Source: Solirubrobacteraceae bacterium (GTDB lineage: Bacteria; Actinomycetota; Thermoleophilia; Solirubrobacterales; Solirubrobacteraceae). From it: a stretch of DNA of 60,118 bases. Numbering within the stretch: position 1 is the first letter of the stretch; each line of letters begins with the position of its first letter. The DNA is taken from assembly GCA_035496995.1 (NCBI GenBank), contig DATJEE010000251.1, positions 1-60,118 of the forward strand, in the 5' to 3' direction. The notes under the pieces were generated by a model. That model was given only the letters and a program-made list of their open reading frames with translations, searched no databases and was not told the DNA's origin. Shown here one piece after another: positions 1-7,596 of the stretch. The translations under genes were made by a program, and so were the position numbers.

Positions 1-4
1 GGAC

Positions 5-505
5 ATGATCGAGGTCGGCGAGACCGTGACGTTCCGCCAGATCCACGGCGTGCAGCCGTGGGAGTCGGCCGACCCGAGCTCCTCGCGCGTGTGGTGGAAC
101 GACGCGGGCGTGCACCAGAACATCACGTTCCCCGTGCACCCTGACCCGATCAGCGGCATGCACTGCTGGCACCAGAAGGTCCGCGTGCGCAAGGCGCTGC
201 CCGACGACCGCTACGCCGACATCCACGTCGACTTCGCCAAGGCCCGCGACGTCTACCGCAAGTGGCTGGCGGTCACGCGGCCGGCCAGCGGCGAGCTGCG
301 CCGCCCGATCTGGCTGTTTCGCCCCGTCAAGCCGGCGCTCGGCGCCTACGCGCTGCCGCAGGACGAGGCGACGCGCGACGCGCGTGCGGCGGCCGCCGGG
401 CCGCAGCCGGCGGCCGACAGCCTGTGCGAGCTGCTGGACTGGTCGCCCGCGGACGTGTGGGGACCGCCGGCGGGGCGCTCCACCTCGCGACCCGCACGTG
501 CGTGA
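5..505 (+). CDS. hypothetical protein, possibly 5'-truncated by the window edge
   Basis: The frame is open from the first bases of the window. The stop TGA 503-505 overlaps the GTG 502-504 of the next gene (GTGA), which suggests a real, translationally coupled CDS. No family recognised. Confidence 0.4.
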   Translation: MIEVGETVTFRQIHGVQPWESADPSSSRVWWNDAGVHQNITFPVHPDPISGMHCWHQKVRVRKALPDDRYADIHVDFAKARDVYRKWLAVTRPASGELRRPIWLFRPVKPALGAYALPQDEATRDARAAAAGPQPAADSLCELLDWSPADVWGPPAGRSTSRPARA

Positions 506-2094
506 GCGTCCTGGCGCCGCAGCCGCGCCCGGATGCGGGCGATGACCCCGCCGCGGCGGCCGGCGCCCGCGGGGGCGGCGGCTACGCCGCCCGGCGCTTC
601 ACCGTCGCCGACGTCCTGGCCGGCCTGACGGTCGCCCTCGTCCTCGTCCCGCAGTCGCTGGCCTACGCCCAGCTCGCCGGGATGCCGCCCGAGCGCGGGC
701 TGTACGCCGCCGCGATCCCGCTGCTCGTGGCGGCGCCGCTGGCCTGCTCGCCCTACCTGCAGACCGGACCCGTCGCCGTCACGAGCCTGCTGACGTTCGG
801 GGCGCTGAGCAGCCTCGCCGCCCCCGGCAGCGACGAGTACGTCGCGCTCGGCCTCGCGCTCGCCCTCATCGTCGGCGTCGTGCGCATCGCCATCGGCCTC
901 CTGCACGCCGGGGTCATCGCCTACCTCATGTCCCAGCCGATGCTCATCGGCTTCATCCCGGCGGCCGCGCTGATCATCGTCTTCTCCCAGCTGCCCAACG
1001 CGCTGGGCGCCGCGCCGCCCGACGGCGCGCTCCTCTTCCAGGCCGGCTGGACCGCGATACGACCCGGTGCCTGGGAGCTCGCCTCCGTCGTCATGACCAT
1101 CACCGTCCTCGTCGCGGTCTTCGGCGGGCGCCGATTGCACCCGCTCTTTCCCGGCGTCCTCGTCGCCGCTGCCGCGGCCATCGCCTTCTCCAAGCTGTCG
1201 CACTACGGCGGCCCGATCGTCGGCACCCTGCCGTCGGGGCTGCCGCCGCTGTCGTTGCGCCTGCCCTGGGACGAGGTTCCGCGCCTGCTCGTGGCGGGGA
1301 CCGTCATCGCCGTCGTCGGGTACGCCGAGGCGGGCTCGATCGCGCGGACGTTCGCCGCCCAGGACCGCGAGCGCTGGGACTCCGACCGCGAGTTCGTCGG
1401 CCAGGGCGTCGCGAACGTCGCCGCGGCCGTGTCCGGCGGCTTTCCCGTCGGCGGCTCGTTCTCGCGCAGCTCGCTGAACCGCATGGCGGGCGGCTACAGC
1501 CGCTGGAGCGGGGCCGTCACCGGGGTCCTCGTGCTGCTCACGCTGTTCGTCGCGGGCGTGCTCGAGCCGCTGCCGAAGGCGATCCTCGGGGCGACGGTCA
1601 TCGCCGCCGTCATCCCGCTCATCCGCCCGCTGCAGATCGTGCGGCTGTGGCGGCCGTCGCGCCCGGCGTTCCTCATCGCGGCCTCGACGTTCGTCGCGAC
1701 GCTCGCGGCGTCGCCGCACATCGAGCGGGCGGTCCTGCTCGGCGTGGCGCTGTCGATCGGCGTGCACCTCTGGCGCGAGCTGCGCATCGACACGGAGCTG
1801 TGGACCGAGGACGACACGCTGTACGTCAAGCCGAGCGGCGTGCTGTGGTTCGGCGCCGCGCAGGCGCTCGAGGACCGGATCCTCGGCGAGCTCGCCACCC
1901 GCCGCGGCATCCAGCGGCTCGTGCTCGACCTCAGCGCGCTCGGGCGGATGGACATCACCGGCGCGATGGCGCTGCGGGCGGTGATCGACGAGGCCCGGCG
2001 CGCGAGCATCCGCGCCGAGCTCGCCGGCGTCCACGAGCGCGACCGGCGGCTCGTCGAGCGCGTGATCGAGGCCGAGACCCCGGTTCGCGGGTGA
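502..2094 (+). CDS. SulP-family anion (sulfate/bicarbonate-type) permease with C-terminal STAS domain
   Basis: Shows the N-terminal SulP signature region VLAGLTVALVLVPQSLAYAQLAGMPPERGLYAA, many hydrophobic helices, and a C-terminal STAS-like segment (RLVLDLSALGRMDITGAMALRAVIDEA). Start set at GTG 502 (GTGA overlap with the upstream ORF). The track ORF begins earlier at 262 in an Arg/Ala-rich stretch that looks non-native. Confidence 0.85.
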   Translation: MSVLAPQPRPDAGDDPAAAAGARGGGGYAARRFTVADVLAGLTVALVLVPQSLAYAQLAGMPPERGLYAAAIPLLVAAPLACSPYLQTGPVAVTSLLTFGALSSLAAPGSDEYVALGLALALIVGVVRIAIGLLHAGVIAYLMSQPMLIGFIPAAALIIVFSQLPNALGAAPPDGALLFQAGWTAIRPGAWELASVVMTITVLVAVFGGRRLHPLFPGVLVAAAAAIAFSKLSHYGGPIVGTLPSGLPPLSLRLPWDEVPRLLVAGTVIAVVGYAEAGSIARTFAAQDRERWDSDREFVGQGVANVAAAVSGGFPVGGSFSRSSLNRMAGGYSRWSGAVTGVLVLLTLFVAGVLEPLPKAILGATVIAAVIPLIRPLQIVRLWRPSRPAFLIAASTFVATLAASPHIERAVLLGVALSIGVHLWRELRIDTELWTEDDTLYVKPSGVLWFGAAQALEDRILGELATRRGIQRLVLDLSALGRMDITGAMALRAVIDEARRASIRAELAGVHERDRRLVERVIEAETPVRG

Positions 2095-2110
2095 ACTGCG
2101 AAGACGACAC

Positions 2111-2137
2111 ATTGCGCCATTTGAGCATTCGCGCAAT
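2111..2137. promoter_or_regulatory. perfect 7-bp inverted repeat ATTGCGC-N13-GCGCAAT in an AT-richer intergenic patch (operator-like)
   Basis: Read directly: ATTGCGC at 2111-2117 and GCGCAAT at 2131-2137. It lies between the SulP stop and the next gene, and TTGACT follows at 2143-2148. Confidence 0.3.
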
Positions 2138-2221
2138 TGGTATTGACTCATGCGCGGCCCCTTGCGAGACTGGGCCGATCTCTGGGAGGAGGCCTGGTAT
2201 GGCGACAGTCAGAAAACCGGC

Positions 2222-3187
2222 ATGAGCGCGGCCGCGCGGCGCGGCGGCAAGGGCTGGCCGCTGATCGTCATCGCCGTGCTCGGGCTCGGGATGATCGCCG
2301 CGCCGGCGATCTTCCAGATGTTCCATCGCGCGCCTCTCGGCGCGGAGATGATCAAGGACTTCAAGCCCTACATGACGACGACGCGGCTGGCCGGGTTCCA
2401 GCGCGAGCTGCGCCAGATCGACGCGGGCGTCAGCGACACCAACACGAACGTCGCACACGCCCTGGCCGGAACCGGGACCGCCGCCCATCGCCGCTTCGAC
2501 GCGCGCTATCCGGGGTTCGCCGACTTCCAGGACAAATGGGGCGCGATCTACGCCGACATGAAGCACCTCATGGACACGATCCAGTCCAACCGCGTCAACT
2601 ACCTCGCGATGGAGGGGCTGCCGGACTTCCGCCTGTTCCCGTGGTTCTTCGTCATCCCGGGCGTGCTCATCGTCCTGCTGGCGGCCGCCGGCCTGGCGTC
2701 CGTCCGCCGGCGCCGCGCGGCGCGCTGGGCGATCGCGGGGGTCGCGGTCGCGCTGCTCGTCGCGCCGTTCGCGATCGGGCTGTTCGGCGCCGGCCCGAAG
2801 GGCGCCAAGATGATGACGGCCTTCCAGACGCTCGAGACGCGCCAGAAGGTGCAGACGATCCAGGGCTATTTCGCGACGATCGCGGTCGGGCAGGGCACGC
2901 TGCGCCTCGAGCTCGTGCCGGCGTTGCGCAAGGACGGGCTGAGCACCAGTCAGATCGCCGCGCGGTTCCCGGGCATGACGACGCTCAACGACCGCTGGAT
3001 CCCGATCCTCAACGACATGACGCCGATGATCGGCACGATGAGCGACAGCGTCGACAACTACCAGGCCGTGTCCGCGCTGCCGTCGTTCACGCTGTTCCCG
3101 TGGTTCTTCGTGGCGCCCGGCCTGCTGCTCGCCGCGCTCGCGCTCGGCGCGGGCCGCCACCGATCCGCCACATCACTTCGCACGTAG
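2222..3187 (+). CDS. integral membrane protein of unknown function with an internal two-fold duplication
   Basis: Four predicted TM helices. Each half ends in a near-identical motif: LPDFRLFPWFFVIPGVLIVLL and LPSFTLFPWFFVAPGLLLAAL. The start is ambiguous: ATG 2222 (ATGA-coupled to a short upstream ORF with a strong RBS) or ATG 2150. Confidence 0.7.
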   Translation: MSAAARRGGKGWPLIVIAVLGLGMIAAPAIFQMFHRAPLGAEMIKDFKPYMTTTRLAGFQRELRQIDAGVSDTNTNVAHALAGTGTAAHRRFDARYPGFADFQDKWGAIYADMKHLMDTIQSNRVNYLAMEGLPDFRLFPWFFVIPGVLIVLLAAAGLASVRRRRAARWAIAGVAVALLVAPFAIGLFGAGPKGAKMMTAFQTLETRQKVQTIQGYFATIAVGQGTLRLELVPALRKDGLSTSQIAARFPGMTTLNDRWIPILNDMTPMIGTMSDSVDNYQAVSALPSFTLFPWFFVAPGLLLAALALGAGRHRSATSLRT

Positions 3188-3210
3188 GCTCACCAAGGAG
3201 GAATCGCAGT

Positions 3211-3855
3211 ATGAGACGACTCGCCGCTCTGACCGCAGCAACCGCCCTGTCGGCGTCCTGTTGCGCGATCGCACTGGGGGCCGCATCGGAGGGGACGGCC
3301 GTGCGAGCCGCCGCCTCCAAGAGCCTCGTCGGGACGTTCAAGCTCGACCCGGGCCGGTTCTCCGGCGGCAAGCCGAGCGGCTCCTACCTGCGCATGAGCC
3401 AGCCCGACGGCTCGGCCTACCCGAACCCCGACTCGACGGCGTCGGACAAGTCGTACACGCTCATGAAGCCGGGCACCGACGGTGGCCTGGCGACCGGTCG
3501 CTTCCAGGCGCCGCCGAGCCCCGCCTTCGACGGCAAGGGCAACTCGCTTGCCAAGCGGATCATGCGGCCGGTGGGCTTCACGGCGATCAAGTTCAGCGTC
3601 TACACGTCGTCGAAGGCCAACTCGCAGCCGCCGAGCATCAGCGTCTCCGGCAAGAAGCTCAGCGGCCAGGTCCTCGCGTTCGCCGCCGCCTGGAACAAGC
3701 AGACGTTCAACCAGGGCTCGTCGCGCGTCACCGGGACCTACAACAGCAGGACGCGCCACTACGTCCTGAAGTGGACGGCCCGGATCAAGGGCGGCCCGTT
3801 CAACAGCTTCCAGGGCACGTGGCATCTGGAAGGCACGTTCAAGCCGCGCGGCTAG
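3211..3855 (+). CDS. exported protein of unknown function (paralog A)
   Basis: RBS AAGGAGG at 3195-3201, then ATG 3211. Signal peptide MRRLAALTAATALSASCCAIALGAA. C-terminal motif GGPFNSFQGTWHLEGTF is shared with the next gene. Confidence 0.75.
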   Translation: MRRLAALTAATALSASCCAIALGAASEGTAVRAAASKSLVGTFKLDPGRFSGGKPSGSYLRMSQPDGSAYPNPDSTASDKSYTLMKPGTDGGLATGRFQAPPSPAFDGKGNSLAKRIMRPVGFTAIKFSVYTSSKANSQPPSISVSGKKLSGQVLAFAAAWNKQTFNQGSSRVTGTYNSRTRHYVLKWTARIKGGPFNSFQGTWHLEGTFKPRG

Positions 3856-3882
3856 CGCCCGCGGTTGCGACTGGAGCACTCC

Positions 3883-4746
3883 ATGACACGTTCATCGCTG
3901 AAGTACCTCCTCGTGGGGATCCTCGTCGGCGTGCTCACCGGCGGGGTCATCACCGCCGGTGCCGCGACGACGCCGAAGTGCACGACGACCACGCCGGCGG
4001 CCCACGCCAAGACGACCAAGAAGAAGAAGGCCGCGAAGAAGCACAAGGCCACGGCGAAGAAGAAGGCCACGGCGAAGAAGAAGGCCAAGAAGAAGAAGGC
4101 CAAGAAGAAGAAGCCCGTCGTGCCCGCGCCCGTCGTCACGGGCGAGACGATGAACGGCCTGTTCAAGATCAACCCGGGGACCTACGACGCGACGACCGGC
4201 GCCAAGGGCTCCTACCTGCGAATGGTCCTGGCGGGCGGCTCGCTCGACAAGGGGCCGTACTTCTCCAACCCGTCGTCGCCGGGCGGCACCTACACCCTCG
4301 TCTCGCCGGGCACGGATGGTGGACTGCTCACCGAGGCCTACCAGGAGCCTCCGGCGAAGCCGTTCTCGCTGACCGGCGACGCGCTGGCCAACCGCTTCAT
4401 GGCCCCGCAGCGCTTCACCGCGATCCTGTTCAGCGCGTCGACGTCGGCGAGGGACCCGCAGACGGGGATCAACGTCCCGCCGCCGCACATCGTCAACAAC
4501 GGCGGGAAGCTCAGCGGGCAGACCCAGGCGGTGTCGGCGGAGTGGAACCGCGGGTTCTTCAACCAGGGCTCGCCCAAGCCCGACGGGACGAGCCCCGGTC
4601 TGACGACGCCGGTCCACGGCACGTACGACGCGGCGACGAAGGCCTACACGCTGGACTGGTCCAGCGCGATCGTCGGCGGCCCGTTCAACGGCTTCACGGG
4701 CATCTGGCATCTCGAGGGGACGTTCGAGCAGCGCTGCGCGGCGTAG
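3883..4746 (+). CDS. membrane-anchored or exported protein of unknown function (paralog B) with a Lys/Ala-rich linker
   Basis: GGAG at 3873-3876, then ATG 3883. N-terminal hydrophobic helix, a K/A-rich tract, then a domain that aligns along its length with paralog A (TYTLVSPGTDGGL vs SYTLMKPGTDGGL; GGPFNGFTGIWHLEGTF). Confidence 0.75.
   Translation: MTRSSLKYLLVGILVGVLTGGVITAGAATTPKCTTTTPAAHAKTTKKKKAAKKHKATAKKKATAKKKAKKKKAKKKKPVVPAPVVTGETMNGLFKINPGTYDATTGAKGSYLRMVLAGGSLDKGPYFSNPSSPGGTYTLVSPGTDGGLLTEAYQEPPAKPFSLTGDALANRFMAPQRFTAILFSASTSARDPQTGINVPPPHIVNNGGKLSGQTQAVSAEWNRGFFNQGSPKPDGTSPGLTTPVHGTYDAATKAYTLDWSSAIVGGPFNGFTGIWHLEGTFEQRCAA
4018..4113 (+). repeat. AAG-rich low-complexity coding repeat (KKKKAAKKHKATAKKKATAKKKAKKKKAKKKK)
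   Basis: Direct reading shows repeated GCCACGGCGAAGAAGAAG and GCCAAGAAGAAGAAG units. This is a conspicuous A-rich island in a very GC-rich genome. Confidence 0.8.
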
Positions 4747-4782
4747 GTCGCCAGTCCTGACGCCGGCGACGGCCCGGGCGCT

Positions 4783-5097
4783 TCAGGCGCCCGGGCGGTC
4801 GGCCGCGCGCCGGAAGCCGAGCCAGCGCATGAAGAGGCTCCCGGGACACCAGCCGACGACGCCCTGCATGACGAGGTTCGTCGCGATGAAGACGTTCAGC
4901 AGGCGCCAGCGGGGACGACGGTGCCCGAGCGCCAGGGCGAGCAGCGAGACGCTGCCGGACATCAGGACGACGAGGCGCTCGATCGGCCAGGCGGAGCGGT
5001 CCAGGCCGCAGGCGCGCGGTGCCGCGGGCGTGGCGGCGCGCTCGCTCGCCAGGGCCGCCGGAGCGGCCGGTGCGCCCGGATCGGCGACGCTGGCCAT
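4783..5097 (-). CDS. small membrane protein resembling the YgaP C-terminal / DUF2892 transmembrane domain
   Basis: Two hydrophobic helices with the conserved-looking GWCP motif (VMQGVVGWCPGSLFMRWLG). It sits directly downstream of a rhodanese gene on the same strand. Confidence 0.6.
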   Translation of the reverse strand: MASVADPGAPAAPAALASERAATPAAPRACGLDRSAWPIERLVVLMSGSVSLLALALGHRRPRWRLLNVFIATNLVMQGVVGWCPGSLFMRWLGFRRAADRPGA

Positions 5098-5144
5098 GGC
5101 GCAAATCTAGTCGATCGACCGACAGCGCGGGGAGGTGCTGCGGC

Positions 5145-5444
5145 TCAGCCTGGGCGCTCGACGGGCAGGCCCGCGGCCTCCCAGGCGACCCAGCCGCCCG
5201 CGACCTCGGGCGCGCCCCGGCGCCCCGTGAGCTTCGAGCGGTTCGCGTGCTGGCAGAGGTAGATCGTGTCCGGCCCGCCCGGCAGCGCGACGTGCCTGGC
5301 GAGCGACACCCGCGGCGCGCCCGGGGGCCAGCCGAAGCGGCGGCGCTCGGCCTCCGTGCGCAGGTCCAGCAGCCGCGCCTCGCCGCGCTGGACGCGCGCC
5401 CAGGCCTCGGCGGGTGACAGGCTCGCCACCCCTCCGGCCTTCAT
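5145..5444 (-). CDS. single-domain rhodanese-like sulfurtransferase
   Basis: Rhodanese fold pattern (LLDLRTEAE...) and a CX4R active-site loop, YLCQHANRS. Confidence 0.75.
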   Translation of the reverse strand: MKAGGVASLSPAEAWARVQRGEARLLDLRTEAERRRFGWPPGAPRVSLARHVALPGGPDTIYLCQHANRSKLTGRRGAPEVAGGWVAWEAAGLPVERPG

Positions 5445-5522
5445 GACGCGACCCCGGGCACGACGGCCAATCTAGTGGGTCCTACGGGTACGCCGCCGCC
5501 GATCTCCGGCAGACTGCGGCCG

Positions 5523-6749
5523 ATGACCTGCTCCTCGCGCCGCCGGCGCCGGATCGCCCGCGCGGCCGCCGCGCTCACCGGCGCGCTGGCGCTCGCCGCG
5601 CCCGCAGCCGCGCCGGCCGTGCCGTTCAACGGCCGGATCGCGTTCTCCAGCGACCGCGTGACGCCGGGGACGCCGGTCGGGAAGTTCGACATCTTCAGCA
5701 TGAACGCCGACGGCAGCGACCAGCGGCGCCTGACGACGAACCCCGCCGGCGACCGCCAGCCCGACTGGTCGCCGGACGGGACGGCGATCGCCTACACGAT
5801 CGACAAGCCGGGCTCGGCGATCAACTTCGAGGTCGCGCGGATGAACGCCGACGGGACGGGCTCCCGCCGGCTGACGACGACCGCGGGCGTCGAGGCGTCA
5901 AGCCAGCCCGCCTGGCGCCCGGACGGCCGCGCGATCCTCTACCGCCGCAGCGGGCCGGTCGGCGTGGGCTCGATCTGGCAGATGGGCGTGCTCGGCGAGA
6001 GCCCGGCGCTGCGCTTCGCCCCGCCGCACGTCCCGCTGTACCCGACGTGGTCGCCGGACATGACGCGCGTGCTGTTCACCGCGATCGTCTCCCCGGCCGG
6101 CGACACCGACCGCGGGATCTTCACGATGAACGCCGACGGCAGCGGGCTGCTCACGCTCTTCGACATCCCGGGCGCCTACGACTCCGCGCCGGCATGGTCG
6201 CCCGACGGGCGGACGATCGCGTTCGAGTCCAACGCCGACGTCGGCGCAGGCAACCCCGAGCACGACATGGAGATCTGGACGATGGGCGCCGACGGATCGC
6301 ACCCGGTCGAACTCACGCACAACGGGCTGCACGACGAGGGCCCGGCGTGGTCGCCGGACGGCAGGCTGCTCGCCTACACGAGCGGCCCCGACAACCGCCA
6401 CGGCGACATCCACCTCATGACGCCCGCCGGGCGCGAGCTGGCCACGCTGACGTCCTACGCGGGCCCCGACGAGTCGCCCGATTGGCAGGCGATCCCCGCC
6501 CCCCGCACGGCACGCAGCTGCGGCGACCTCGTCGCGAACGGGCGTGGCGGGCGCGATGTCCGGGCGCTCGGCCGCGGGCTGGCGTGCCCCGCCGCGCGGG
6601 CGCTCGCCCGGCGCTGGCTGCGCGCGCACCGGCCCGCGCGCGTGCGCGGCTTCCGGGCGCGGGTCGTCGACTTCGGCGGCGTGCGCCGCGTCGTGCTGAG
6701 CCGGCGTGACGCGGGCCGGCGCCGGCTCGTGGCGTTCCTGCTGCCGTAG
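5523..6749 (+). CDS. exported TolB-like beta-propeller (PD40/WD40-like repeat) protein with an Arg-rich C-terminal extension
   Basis: Twin-Arg-containing signal region (SSRRRRRIARAAAALTGALALAAPAAA). Repeated PD40-type motifs (DxQPDWSPDGTAIAY, SAPAWSPDGRTIAF, EGPAWSPDGRLLAY). Confidence 0.8.
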   Translation: MTCSSRRRRRIARAAAALTGALALAAPAAAPAVPFNGRIAFSSDRVTPGTPVGKFDIFSMNADGSDQRRLTTNPAGDRQPDWSPDGTAIAYTIDKPGSAINFEVARMNADGTGSRRLTTTAGVEASSQPAWRPDGRAILYRRSGPVGVGSIWQMGVLGESPALRFAPPHVPLYPTWSPDMTRVLFTAIVSPAGDTDRGIFTMNADGSGLLTLFDIPGAYDSAPAWSPDGRTIAFESNADVGAGNPEHDMEIWTMGADGSHPVELTHNGLHDEGPAWSPDGRLLAYTSGPDNRHGDIHLMTPAGRELATLTSYAGPDESPDWQAIPAPRTARSCGDLVANGRGGRDVRALGRGLACPAARALARRWLRAHRPARVRGFRARVVDFGGVRRVVLSRRDAGRRRLVAFLLP

Positions 6750-6779
6750 CAGCGGTCCGCCGCCCTACGATCTGCAGCC

Positions 6780-7202
6780 ATGAGCCCGCAGGTCCTGCAC
6801 GCAGACGACGCCTTCTGGCGCCCGTCCAACCAGATGGGCGTGCAGAACACCGACCTCGCCAAGCAGCTCGGTGCCGGCACGCTCGGCGCGCGGCTGTGGC
6901 GGCTCGCGCCGGGGCAGGCGTCGACGAAGCACCGCCACGTCGACACGACCGAGCTCTACGTCGTGCTCGAGGGCACCGGCCGCATGCGGATCGGCGACGA
7001 GGTCCACACGCTGGCGCCGCTGTCGAGCGTGCTCGTCGAGCCCGCCGTCGTGCGGCAGATCTTCAACGACCTCGACGCCGACGCCCTGTGGCTCGTGTTC
7101 GGCACGCCCAACGAGGCCGCGAACACGCTCGAGATGTCCCCGGAGACGATCGCGCTGCTGTACCCCGACGGCCCCAAGGCGCTCCCGCCCGAGCTCGCCT
7201 GA
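6780..7202 (+). CDS. cupin-domain protein
   Basis: Cupin motifs: G(X)5HxH-like STKHRHVDTTELYVVLEG and GDEVHTLAPLSSVLVEP. Confidence 0.75.
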   Translation: MSPQVLHADDAFWRPSNQMGVQNTDLAKQLGAGTLGARLWRLAPGQASTKHRHVDTTELYVVLEGTGRMRIGDEVHTLAPLSSVLVEPAVVRQIFNDLDADALWLVFGTPNEAANTLEMSPETIALLYPDGPKALPPELA

Positions 7203-7217
7203 TCAGCCTGATCAGGC
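7197..7217 (+). terminator. palindromic GCCTGATCAG/CCTGATCAGGC element overlapping the cupin stop codon
   Basis: Read directly: a 10-bp inverted repeat built from two TGATCA palindromes. There is no U-tract, so terminator function is uncertain. Confidence 0.25.
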
Positions 7218-7326
7218 GCCGGCGATCCCGCGGCGCTCCATGAGATTTCACTGAGGATCCGCGTGGCCGGCGGGCGGCCCCGGGCAAAACCTCGGTACGT
7301 CCATCCACGCAGGAGGCTCAAATCAC

Positions 7327-7554
7327 ATGTACGCCGACGCCGGACCCCCGATCGTTCTCATGGCCATCGGCCTCGTCCTCTGGCTCGCGGTCACCGCGAC
7401 CGTGGCCGGGATCTCGATCCACACCGTCGGAATGATCCTGTTCATCCTCGGCGCGGTCTGGCTCGTCGTCGAGATGCTCCAGGCCCGCACCGCGCCCCGT
7501 GACGGCGGCGTCGTCGTGGAGGAGCCGGTCGCGTATCGCGAGCGGCGCCTGTAG
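7327..7554 (+). CDS. small two-helix membrane protein
   Basis: RBS GCAGGAGG upstream of ATG 7327. Two hydrophobic helices (IVLMAIGLVLWLAVTATVAGI and MILFILGAVWLVV). Confidence 0.55.
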   Translation: MYADAGPPIVLMAIGLVLWLAVTATVAGISIHTVGMILFILGAVWLVVEMLQARTAPRDGGVVVEEPVAYRERRL

Positions 7555-7596
7555 GCGCCTCGCGCAACCTCTGGCCGGGAACGTCGTTGGAGGGGC

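Noticed and set aside
346-2151. 601-aa minus-strand ORF antisense to the SulP gene. Similar giant shadow ORFs occur at 9114-12872 (-), 12721-15111 (-), 32296-35961 (-), 33537-36617 (+), 40196-43126 (-), 57316-59109 (-) and 59417-60112 (-), among others.
   Set aside because: Their translations are monotonous Arg/Ala/Gly/Pro/Asp strings with no motifs. They overlap genes with clear family signatures on the other strand or frame. Stop-poor alternative frames are expected at this GC content.
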